32,000 nt of DNA from Streptomyces phage Stigma: the sequence record ON456343.1, one strand, 5' to 3'. The notes below the pieces were generated by a model. The model was given only the letters and a program-made list of their open reading frames with translations. It did no database searches and was not told the DNA's origin. The position numbers were made by a program, and so were the translations under genes. This document shows positions 23,700 to 31,519 of this stretch, piece by piece (position 1 is the stretch's first letter; each line of letters begins with the position of its first letter).

Positions 23700-23757
23700 C
23701 TCGACTGTCCAGTCATGATAGGCTGGACAAGCTTCAGCACAAACAAAGGAGAACAAA

Positions 23758-23898
23758 TTGTCTAAGCGTCAGATGCCTAAGGTTCGGAATCCTCGTATGA
23801 ATAAGACGATGGAATATCGGCGGGGTTCTGGTGACTTCCCGACAATGAGTAAGCCCAAGTATAGCCGTAAGGTAAAGTACATTCGAAAGGAATCGTAA
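23758..23898 (+). CDS. basic micro-protein (46 aa, TTG start)
   Basis: AAAGGAGAACAAA-TTG; MSKRQMPKVRNPRMNKTMEYRRGSGDFPTMSKPKYSRKVKYIRKES. Confidence 0.45.
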   Translation: MSKRQMPKVRNPRMNKTMEYRRGSGDFPTMSKPKYSRKVKYIRKES

Positions 23899-23972
23899 TG
23901 GGTCAACCATATCCTACACCAACTAGGTGCCCTAAGTGTGGCGGACCGGTTCCCTGCCTCAAGCACTGAAGG

Positions 23973-24002
23973 TTGACAGCCTGAAGGCTGGTAGGGTAAG
24001 GT
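23973..24002 (+). promoter_or_regulatory. promoter TTGACA-18-TAAGGT
   Basis: Upstream of the lipoprotein gene. Confidence 0.65.
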
Positions 24003-24071
24003 AGTACCACAAGGCGGGGACAAGTTCCCCGCAAGCTGTAAGGTCCATCGTAAATGAACCTAAGGAATGAA

Positions 24072-24335
24072 ATGAACAAGCGTGTCAAGCTCACCTTTGC
24101 CTCACTTGCTCTTGCTGGGTCTCTTGCTTTGACTGGCTGTACAGGCTATGATGAGGGTCCGGCCGGTAAGGTTGTGGACAACGACCGAACCTATCGGGGC
24201 AAGAGTCTCGGATGGAAGTATGAGCTTGTTACCGAGAAGAATGGTAAGCGTAGCAGTGAATTCCGAGTGACTTCAAACGACTACTACGATTGCCCGAAGG
24301 GTGCCAAGTACCCGAAGTGCACTAAGAAGAGTTGA
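24072..24335 (+). CDS. lipoprotein (paralog 1)
   Basis: MNKRVKLTFASLALAGSLALTGCTG lipobox; C-terminal SNDYYDCPKGAKYPKCTK. Confidence 0.8.
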   Translation: MNKRVKLTFASLALAGSLALTGCTGYDEGPAGKVVDNDRTYRGKSLGWKYELVTEKNGKRSSEFRVTSNDYYDCPKGAKYPKCTKKS

Positions 24336-24420
24336 TAAAACCGGGCGGTAGGAAATGCTCTTACCGCCAAGCTTGGAAGGCCAACGGGTCCTCCGAAACA
24401 TATTCTAGGGAGAATAAGTA

Positions 24421-24810
24421 ATGCGTAAGCTTCACTTCACTGACCCTGAGCTTAAGAACTTTGCCCTTCGTGGCACCAATGCAATTCGTGGGGGTATGGA
24501 GCTGCTTCATGTGCACATTCGTACTGCTCCGCGCAATTTTGGTTCTTTTGCTACTCGAATGGATAGCTTGACTCAGGCTTATGAGCTTCCGGCCCACGTG
24601 ATTCACAAGATGATTACTGGTGGGGATTCTGAGCGAACCGAAATGCAGTGGGTTTACTTCACCAACAAGCACGGAAGTGTTCGGCCCACGTACCTTACTG
24701 ACTCTGGTGTGATTCCGTACACTGGTTCGGGTGGGTCTGCTCTCAATGACTCCAATTTCCTGCTTGACCTGGTTGCCCTTCGTAAGTTCGGCATTGAGGT
24801 TGACTACTGA
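24421..24810 (+). CDS. hypothetical protein (129 aa)
   Basis: MRKLHFTDPELKNFALRGTNAIRGGMELLHVHIR... Confidence 0.7.
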   Translation: MRKLHFTDPELKNFALRGTNAIRGGMELLHVHIRTAPRNFGSFATRMDSLTQAYELPAHVIHKMITGGDSERTEMQWVYFTNKHGSVRPTYLTDSGVIPYTGSGGSALNDSNFLLDLVALRKFGIEVDY

Positions 24811-24885
24811 GGTAGTCATGGGCTACAGTAGAGACGTAGCCCAAGCTTGCAAGACACCATCGTAAACCAAACAAAGGATGAGGAA

Positions 24886-25290
24886 ATGAACAAGGGTCTT
24901 TCTGTCGCTGCGCTTGCTGTCGTTACCACGCTTGCTCTGACTGCCTGCGAGGGTAGCGGTTCTAGCGGGGTTACGCATTACAAGACTGGTAAGTCTGGGA
25001 TTGTTCAGAAGCGCACTGAGAGCAATGGCACTTACAAGCTGACCACTCGTTGGAACAGCAAGAACACCACTTTCAAGGTCTTCTCTTCGGTTTACTTCGA
25101 CTGCTTTGAGGGTATGTCTTACCCCGCTTGCGTCAAGTCTCCCAAGCCTAAGGCGACTGCTACGCCTACCAAGAATGGCGGAGTGAACAAGGCTCCGAGT
25201 GGCAAGGCAAAGACTTCCGCTCCGAAGAGTGACAGTAACAAGAAGAGTGGTGGATTCTCCAGCGGTGGCGGATTCAGCAAGAAGAAGTAA
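24886..25290 (+). CDS. lipoprotein (paralog 2) with basic/Gly-rich tail
   Basis: MNKGLSVAALAVVTTLALTACEG lipobox; SSVYFDCFEGMSYPACVKSPKP. Confidence 0.8.
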   Translation: MNKGLSVAALAVVTTLALTACEGSGSSGVTHYKTGKSGIVQKRTESNGTYKLTTRWNSKNTTFKVFSSVYFDCFEGMSYPACVKSPKPKATATPTKNGGVNKAPSGKAKTSAPKSDSNKKSGGFSSGGGFSKKK

Positions 25291-25348
25291 TTTCTGGCAA
25301 AATTAAGAACCATCGTAAAAGCAAAAACATTAATAAGAATTAAAATGA

Positions 25349-25380
25349 ATCCCCCGACTTCGGTCGGGGGATTTTTTGTT
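25349..25380 (+). terminator. intrinsic terminator
   Basis: CCCCCGAC-TTCG-GTCGGGGG followed by ATTTTTTG. Confidence 0.92.
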
Positions 25381-25390
25381 TTTCAAAAAT

Positions 25391-25467
25391 GAAAAATTTT
25401 GTGGCATTTTCTAAATGCATCGTAAAGGCTGAATTTTTGTGGCATTTTTTTCGACCATCGTAAAGGC
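25391..25467 (+). repeat. two tandem copies of a 38-nt-period repeat
   Basis: TTTTGTGGCATTTT at 25397 and 25435; CATCGTAAAGGC at 25418 and 25456. Confidence 0.7.
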
Positions 25468-25796
25468 CCTTCCGGCCCCTGCCGGTTTTTTCGGACATGC
25501 CCCGCTTCGCGGGCCTTCGTCCTGGTTTCGGTAGGATTGTACCTAAATGTACCTGATTGTCCCGTTCTGTCCTGGTATGTCCTCGATGTCCGAATTGACC
25601 GAATCCCTGTGCCGACTGGGATAGTACAGGATTCAACTGTTAGGACCTAAAGACTTTTCGGCCGGGTGACGATAAGGGAGCTGGGAGATTGTACCAACCT
25701 ATGTAGCAATACAATCACTGCAACTAAAGACTTTACCTCTGAAGTGTTGAAGCCGAAAGCTACCGGCTGGTAGTTGAAATGTGTACATCCACAGGT

Positions 25797-26008
25797 TTAT
25801 CCACAGCCCGTGGATAACTCACGGTGACACAGCGTGTAAGTTACTCGACAGTATGTGAGAAAAGCTCTGTACGCCTTTCTACGGGCCTCGCAGAGTCTCT
25901 AGGGTCCGGGCATACCGGGGCCGTTCTGTTCGGCCGTTAGGCGGCATTCCCGCTGGTCACACGTGCTGTAGTTCGGGCGTGTCGCAGCCTAGGGCCGACT
26001 GTGGATAA
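25797..26008. promoter_or_regulatory. DnaA-box-like cluster (candidate replication-related region)
   Basis: TTATCCACA 25797-25805, CGTGGATAA 25809-25817, TGTGGATAA 26000-26008. Confidence 0.4.
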
Positions 26009-26128
26009 CTTCTTTACCGAGTCTTTACCAAATTACCTGCGGTAAGGGGTTGACAAACAGCGAAAAATTTGCTTTCAGGGGTCGGCCGGCCACTCAGGTA
26101 AATTTTTGGTAACAAATCTCGAAAACGC

Positions 26129-26157
26129 TTGACAGTGCTGCGAGGATGAGCTATTTA
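26129..26157 (+). promoter_or_regulatory. promoter TTGACA-17-TATTTA
   Basis: Hexamers at 26129-26134 and 26152-26157. Confidence 0.5.
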
Positions 26158-26223
26158 CGCGTGCACGCTCGCACTCGCCCCGTGTGATGGGAGCGGCTAA
26201 GTTACTGGCGAGTCAACTAACTG

Positions 26224-26239
26224 TGTGACGTACGTCACA
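26224..26239. promoter_or_regulatory. 16-bp perfect palindrome TGTGACGTACGTCACA (possible operator)
   Basis: Direct reading; located between two promoter-like sequences. Confidence 0.45.
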
Positions 26240-26327
26240 TGCACTGGAGTTGCGCGCACGGCCGGTTTCCTGGATAGTTCTGTCTGTCAGCAGGAACGGG
26301 GCAAGCGGAAACGCCAAACCGAACCGG

Positions 26328-26357
26328 TTGACACCGAAGCTAGAAACCCTCTAGAGT
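26328..26357 (+). promoter_or_regulatory. promoter TTGACA-18-TAGAGT
   Basis: Hexamers at 26328-26333 and 26352-26357. Confidence 0.6.
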
Positions 26358-26752
26358 CGGTAACGACGGAAAGCAAGGGAAAGGGGTACCAAATGAAAGT
26401 CACAGCGGGTCCGCGATAAGCGCGGGCAACGACAACATTATGCTTCCTAGTGCTACAACTAGGGTCGGATTAGTAGCTAAGCCAGTCGCTACGAATTTCG
26501 TTCTGACGCACCTTTTAAGGACGGAATACCCCAATACGATGGGGCGCGATGCACGGTGACCCGCTAAATCCGGCGCGGATGATGAAAGCAACTTCCGCAA
26601 AATATACCGACTCGCTAATTCGGAATACTGCTGAAAAGCTAATGTCGAATTGAGGGGGTGATAAATTCGCAGCTCTGCGCTTTTAGAGGGTCGGTTGATG
26701 GATATGCGCCTATCTTTGGGCGGTATCCGAATTGGGAAGAAAGCGAGTCATC

Positions 26753-26995
26753 ATGGCTGCTAACACAACTGCCAAGACTGCCACCCCCCGCAAGCGCGCT
26801 CCGCGCAAGCCTGCGGCTCCCAAGGGTGTCAGCCTCACCCGGAACACTCCGAAGCTGCGAACGGGCCTGAACACGGACTACACGCCGTTTGTGCGTGCTC
26901 TGTGGAACATGGGCGACGCTGCGGACAGTGCGACGGGCGGTAAGGCATGGTACGCCGCGCGACGTGACGCACTGTTGGCCACGCTCGATATCTGA
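26753..26995 (+). CDS. basic Ala/Pro/Lys-rich hypothetical protein
   Basis: MAANTTAKTATPRKRAPRKPAAPKGVSLTRNTPKLRTG... Confidence 0.65.
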   Translation: MAANTTAKTATPRKRAPRKPAAPKGVSLTRNTPKLRTGLNTDYTPFVRALWNMGDAADSATGGKAWYAARRDALLATLDI

Positions 26996-27054
26996 GCACT
27001 AAGCACAAAACAACCAACCTGAAATAACTAACCTCCCAATTCGGTTACGGCCCA

Positions 27055-27546
27055 ATGAAAGGAAAAGGAAAAGTGGACGCAAGCGAAAAGCAGGTTGCCT
27101 TTATCCGTTCGCTCATCGGACAGAAATACTCTCCGGAGAGTGCGGCGGGGCACATTGCCAATCTGGACGCGCACGGCATTTCCAAGCGGGATGCGTCCGT
27201 GATGATTGAGACTCTGAAGAGTCTTCCGCCTTATATGTCGCCGGAAGAAAAGGCGCGGCGGGAAGCAATCACGGAAGGGTTTTACCGGGTCGGAGACGAC
27301 TTTATCCGTGTGAAGGTTTCCCGTTCGAGTGGCAATCCTTACGGAATGCTGCTGAACAAGGAAACGCACAAGTTCGAATATGCGCCCGGAATTCTCCGGG
27401 GCGTGAATCCGGACAATCGCTTGACCCTGGAAGATGCGGCGGAATACGGAATCAATTCCGGATGGTGCCTCATTTGCTCCAAGGAACTGACAAAGGAGGA
27501 AAGCATTAAGCGGGGAATCGGCCCCGTGTGTGCAAAGAAGCTGTAA
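27055..27546 (+). CDS. hypothetical protein with C-terminal DUF6011-like Cys motif
   Basis: GWCLICSKELTKEESIKRGIGPVCAKKL at the C-terminus. Confidence 0.75.
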   Translation: MKGKGKVDASEKQVAFIRSLIGQKYSPESAAGHIANLDAHGISKRDASVMIETLKSLPPYMSPEEKARREAITEGFYRVGDDFIRVKVSRSSGNPYGMLLNKETHKFEYAPGILRGVNPDNRLTLEDAAEYGINSGWCLICSKELTKEESIKRGIGPVCAKKL

Positions 27547-27558
27547 CGTCAGTTAGTT

Positions 27559-27600
27559 GGATTGGGGCGGGAATTGCTTCCCGCCCCTCTCCCAATCAAC
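27559..27600 (+). terminator. intergenic hairpin, possible terminator
   Basis: GATTGGGGCGGGAA-ttgc-TTCCCGCCCC...CCCAATC. Confidence 0.5.
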
Positions 27601-27628
27601 TGAAATACAGTTGGTTAGAGAGGCAACG

Positions 27629-27838
27629 ATGATTGTTTTGGTGATTCTCGGAATGCTGGCACTGTCGCTCGTTTTCGGGGCGATTGCGGCCCTTCCTATC
27701 GCATGGCTTGTCATGCTGATTATGGGAGCGCTGCACAGTGTTTGGCCGAACGTGGAAAACCTTTCGTTCCTTTCGGCATGGGTGGCAACGTGGCTTGTTG
27801 CCACTCTCGCGGGTTTGTTTGTCCAGAACAACCGCTAG
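27629..27838 (+). CDS. small membrane protein (69 aa)
   Basis: MIVLVILGMLALSLVFGAIAALPIAWLVMLIMGALH... Confidence 0.7.
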   Translation: MIVLVILGMLALSLVFGAIAALPIAWLVMLIMGALHSVWPNVENLSFLSAWVATWLVATLAGLFVQNNR

Positions 27839-27916
27839 CCGGTTGGGTGGCGGGGAATGCAGAGTTTCCCCGTTTGCCCAATCCGCTAGATGATAAAGCG
27901 GTGTCCTGAAAGGGAA

Positions 27917-28615
27917 ATGAAAATGTCGCTTGGTTCTCAGAGTGAGGCAAACGAGATTTTCGAATACGTCCAGCGGTTTTCCGCGTGGCGTGAGTTCAAC
28001 AACGGAATGGAGTACAACCGGCAGACGGCCGAACGTTGGGAATACCAGCGGGAAATGGGCTACATTCCGGAAGATTCCCCGTTGGAGTTTTACTACCCCT
28101 ACGGGCCGGAACTGCCCGAACCGGAAATGCCGGAAGGGTGGAAGTACCTTGCGGCGGGTGTTTCGCGCCGTGCCTACCTTTCCCCTACGGGAGTCGTTTA
28201 CAAGGTACAGAAGACTCCCGGTAGCGACTATCAGGGAAACCGGGGTGAACACCAAACGGCGGAATACATCCGGTCACTCGGTAACGTGGTCGGTGCGGTA
28301 ATCCCCCGAACGGAACTGTATGAGGTTCCGGGGTGTTACGTGATTGCCCTGGAATTCATGGACGGTATCCGGGGTCATGACAAGTGGGACCGGAATTGCT
28401 ACGGCACGAATTGCCGTTGCGGTTTCATGGCCGGTCGGTGCGCCCGAACCATTCGGCGTGAGCTGGAAAACAAGTTCGGACTTTCCGACTTGCACTCGGA
28501 AAACGTTCTGTGGATTCCGTCTCAGCGAAAGTGGGCGGTTGTCGATTTGGGTCTGTCCAATCGGCGTAGCGAGAATGAGAGTGCCGAATCCCGCTGCAAT
28601 TGCGGATGGTGCTAG
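27917..28615 (+). CDS. protein-kinase-fold-like protein (paralog B)
   Basis: GWKYLAAGVSRRAYLSPTGVVYKVQK...YVIALEFMDGI...FGLSDLHSENVLWIPSQRKWAVVDLGL. Confidence 0.7.
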   Translation: MKMSLGSQSEANEIFEYVQRFSAWREFNNGMEYNRQTAERWEYQREMGYIPEDSPLEFYYPYGPELPEPEMPEGWKYLAAGVSRRAYLSPTGVVYKVQKTPGSDYQGNRGEHQTAEYIRSLGNVVGAVIPRTELYEVPGCYVIALEFMDGIRGHDKWDRNCYGTNCRCGFMAGRCARTIRRELENKFGLSDLHSENVLWIPSQRKWAVVDLGLSNRRSENESAESRCNCGWC

Positions 28616-28690
28616 CCATTCTGCGGTTTTGGGGGTGCTCATTCCGAAAGGGGTGAGCGCTCCCCATGCCTCGCAGAAAGGAGAAACACA

Positions 28691-28936
28691 ATGCGGGCAA
28701 TTTCCAGTCTGGAAGTCATTACGGAATTCAATCCGAATGACGAAAGCGTTCCGGGTGAGGTTTTGACGGTTGAAGAATTCAACCGGCTTTTCCTCATGTA
28801 TTACCGGGACGCCGGATATACGGCTAAGCGGTGGGAGGTTCCGGGGGGACACGTTTACGCGTTCTTTTCCCCGAACAACGAACTTTCTACAAACGTTTGG
28901 CACGTGCCGGACGCTGCGGATTACATCATCGTTTGA
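28691..28936 (+). CDS. hypothetical protein (81 aa)
   Basis: AAAGGAGAAACACA-ATG; MRAISSLEVITEFNPNDESVPGEVLTVEEFNRLF... Confidence 0.7.
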   Translation: MRAISSLEVITEFNPNDESVPGEVLTVEEFNRLFLMYYRDAGYTAKRWEVPGGHVYAFFSPNNELSTNVWHVPDAADYIIV

Positions 28937-29022
28937 GCCTTTCAGTCCCGATAGGGAAAGGAGGTGGTTACCTTGCGACGTAGGCGCAAGCGCAAATTAG
29001 CCACCGACTGAAAGGAAAAGGA

Positions 29023-29256
29023 ATGCGCGAGTATTGGGTGAACAACGAACAGGGGAACCTTTCCGGCCCTCACAGAAAGAGGGAAGTTGCGGAAAGGATG
29101 CAAGCTAAGTTCATGGCGGAATGTGCGGCGGAATGCGGCACTGACGGAATGGACGAAAACAACAACGGTAATTTTGCGTGTGGCGTGCTTTCCCCGCACG
29201 GTATCCACATTCAAGTAACCGAAGATGGTTACGACATTACCGGGCACGATTACTGA
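29023..29256 (+). CDS. hypothetical protein (77 aa)
   Basis: MREYWVNNEQGNLSGPHRKREVAERMQAKFMAECAAECG... Confidence 0.65.
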   Translation: MREYWVNNEQGNLSGPHRKREVAERMQAKFMAECAAECGTDGMDENNNGNFACGVLSPHGIHIQVTEDGYDITGHDY

Positions 29257-29341
29257 CGTTAGGGCGTCCGGGCATTCGCAAGCTAATTCAGTTGTGAGTG
29301 TCCGAATGTCCTAAGGGTTAGGGCATTAGAGAGGCAATACA

Positions 29342-29515
29342 ATGCGCACTGTCACGGTTAACGGTAAGTCGGGCATCATCGCTGCGCGCGGCATGGGACC
29401 GAATGAGGGTTCCGTGTTCGTTCTGTTCGATGGTGACGACTCCGCCGAGAGTGGCGCGGGTTGGGTGTCTGTGGAGTCGGTCACCGTTACGGGTGTCGTT
29501 GCCGGTACGTTCTAG
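29342..29515 (+). CDS. hypothetical protein (57 aa)
   Basis: MRTVTVNGKSGIIAARGMGPNEGSVFVLFDGDDSAESGAGWVSVESVTVTGVVAGTF. Confidence 0.55.
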   Translation: MRTVTVNGKSGIIAARGMGPNEGSVFVLFDGDDSAESGAGWVSVESVTVTGVVAGTF

Positions 29516-29615
29516 GCCCGTGGGGGCCGTTCTAAGCGACTCGGAACGGTCCCCCGGTCCATCGGTCCAACTAGGTCACGAACGGCCGTCAGAACGGCAC
29601 ACAGGAGGTTCTAGG

Positions 29616-29858
29616 GTGTCCAGCACTCCGAACGGTCACGTCATCCGGTTTGAGATTCCCGGATTTGGCGTGACGCAATTCCGGCCGGAAGTTTTCGCGG
29701 GTGTCCTTTCGGCAACACACGGAATGTCCATTACGGGAATCGTTCTGGACTTGCGCGATATGGGTTGGGACTTTGGGGTAATGGAGAATCCCCAAAAGCT
29801 CACCTTGATTGAGTGGATTGCCATTTATGGTGAATCCACGGGTCACGGAATGGACTAG
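29616..29858 (+). CDS. hypothetical protein (GTG start, 80 aa)
   Basis: CAGGAGGTTCTAG-GTG; MSSTPNGHVIRFEIPGFGVTQFRPEVFAGVLS... Confidence 0.65.
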   Translation: MSSTPNGHVIRFEIPGFGVTQFRPEVFAGVLSATHGMSITGIVLDLRDMGWDFGVMENPQKLTLIEWIAIYGESTGHGMD

Positions 29859-29950
29859 TTAACTGGTCTGGTCATTCGCAAGCTGTCATTAGTTGTGAGT
29901 GGCCAAATCGGTTGAATGTCTAACCGAGAATCCGAGAAAAGGAATCGGTA

Positions 29951-30511
29951 ATGATTGGCAACGCTTCTGACGCGCGGCTCATTCGGGATTACGTCGCTAC
30001 TCGCGCGATTGTCCAGGATGAATACGAGCGTTACGGATACGGCGCTTTCATCGGTCCCGTTCGGCCCCGGATGACCACTCCGGAAGGGTGGCGCAAGATT
30101 GGCGGCGGTTCTTTCCGTTCCGCGTGGCTTTCGCCGGAAGGGGTCGTTTACAAGGTTCAGCACCACTACAACGGTTGGGGACAGAGCAACGGAGAGGAAT
30201 ACGCGAATATCGTTGTGATTCTCCAAAAGCACAAGTCGCACCCGTTGGCATTCATGCCCCGTAGCACGTATTACACCCTTGACGACAATCGGGGGGTTAT
30301 GGCTATGGAGTTCATTAAGGGTGAACACCCCGGATGGTGCAACGGTTGTTCCGGGGGATACGGTCACTGCACTGTGAATTACGAGGGAAAGTGCATTAAC
30401 CGCATTCTCCGCGAGATTGGAGAGGCTTACGGCCTTTTCGACTTGCACGATGAAAACGTGATTTGGCTTCCGGAGCAAAGGAAGTTTGCGGTAATCGACA
30501 TTGGCGCTTAG
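29951..30511 (+). CDS. protein-kinase-fold-like protein (paralog C)
   Basis: GWRKIGGGSFRSAWLSPEGVVYKVQHH...GVMAMEFIKGE...YGLFDLHDENVIWLPEQRKFAVIDIGA. Confidence 0.7.
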   Translation: MIGNASDARLIRDYVATRAIVQDEYERYGYGAFIGPVRPRMTTPEGWRKIGGGSFRSAWLSPEGVVYKVQHHYNGWGQSNGEEYANIVVILQKHKSHPLAFMPRSTYYTLDDNRGVMAMEFIKGEHPGWCNGCSGGYGHCTVNYEGKCINRILREIGEAYGLFDLHDENVIWLPEQRKFAVIDIGA

Positions 30512-30590
30512 TCGTCTGGGGATGCGCATTCCAGCCGGAATGTGCTTTCCCCAAATGCCTAAGGGTTAGGCAGGAAAAGGGGAATACAGA

Positions 30591-30932
30591 ATGAAGCCTG
30601 TAAAGCTCGGAATGTACGGCAAGGGTCGGACTTCCTGGATTGACTTCCGGGATGTCATTACGGCTTTCGAGCCTTTCGAGACTTCCGGCGCATTCCACGG
30701 TACGCCCGTTCCCAAGGGTGACGGTGTCTATATCCACATGGGGCAAATGCCGACGGATGAGCGGGACAACTTCCGTGCGGTCGGACCGGATATCACTTAC
30801 GTCGTTTACAGCTATGTCACGCCGATTGCGTGGCATGTGGACGGTGCCGGATGGTTCCGCACGAATGCGGGACACAGCAACACGACAAAGAAGCACATGG
30901 GCAAGCTGTGCGGTATCGACTTTCAGGGGTGA
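30591..30932 (+). CDS. hypothetical protein (113 aa)
   Basis: MKPVKLGMYGKGRTSWIDFRDVITAFEPFETS... Confidence 0.7.
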   Translation: MKPVKLGMYGKGRTSWIDFRDVITAFEPFETSGAFHGTPVPKGDGVYIHMGQMPTDERDNFRAVGPDITYVVYSYVTPIAWHVDGAGWFRTNAGHSNTTKKHMGKLCGIDFQG

Positions 30933-30937
30933 CGTTC

Positions 30938-31051
30938 ATGTCTCATGAATGGGTAATTTTCTGGTCTGCCTTTATCGGGGCGGCGGTCGGTACGGGTATT
31001 GCGTGCACGCTTATGCACTTTCTGATTAAGCGTGCATTCCGCAACGGCTAA
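30938..31051 (+). CDS. micro membrane protein (37 aa)
   Basis: MSHEWVIFWSAFIGAAVGTGIACTLMHFLIKRAFRNG. Confidence 0.5.
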   Translation: MSHEWVIFWSAFIGAAVGTGIACTLMHFLIKRAFRNG

Positions 31052-31132
31052 ACGGTTCGGGTGATTGGGAATGGAGAGTTTCCCAATTGCTCAATCCGCT
31101 TAGACGAAAGTGGATTAGATAGGGGAAAGCTA

Positions 31133-31519
31133 ATGTCCGGGATGGTTTACGCGTTCATGACTGCCACGTCCGTTGACCTTGACGGTACGGAGGATGAGCG
31201 CGAGGAATTGAACGGATGGATTGACCAGGATTGGAGCATGACGGTATTGCACGATTCCCGCAATGACGTTATGCCGCTTGTCAAGGAATGGGAATCGGAC
31301 ACCGAAGAACTTGCCGATTCCGTCCGGGATGTTTTGGGGGATGGTTCCCTTTGGGAAGACAACGGGGACGGAACCTTTTACGGAAAGGATGAAAGGCAGG
31401 AAGACGGAAAGTCGTTTACCTACGCCGTTCACTTCTTTGTGAAGGATTGCATTAACGGCAAGTGGTGCGAGACTCCGTGGCACCCGGAAACGGACGGCGG
31501 TATTTCCCTTTCCGAGTAG
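31133..31519 (+). CDS. hypothetical acidic protein (128 aa)
   Basis: MSGMVYAFMTATSVDLDGTEDEREELNGWIDQDWSMTVLHDS...; start at internal Met after GGGGAAAG. Confidence 0.7.
   Translation: MSGMVYAFMTATSVDLDGTEDEREELNGWIDQDWSMTVLHDSRNDVMPLVKEWESDTEELADSVRDVLGDGSLWEDNGDGTFYGKDERQEDGKSFTYAVHFFVKDCINGKWCETPWHPETDGGISLSE

Noticed and set aside
26225-26600. ORFs 26225..26419 (+) and 26400..26600 (-)
   Set aside because: They span palindrome, promoter and non-coding sequence, with no RBS and unnatural composition.
29403-29615. N-terminal extension of the ORF track 29403..29858
   Set aside because: It overlaps the better CDS 29342-29515 in another frame. A GTG with a strong AGGAGG at 29616 is the more likely start.
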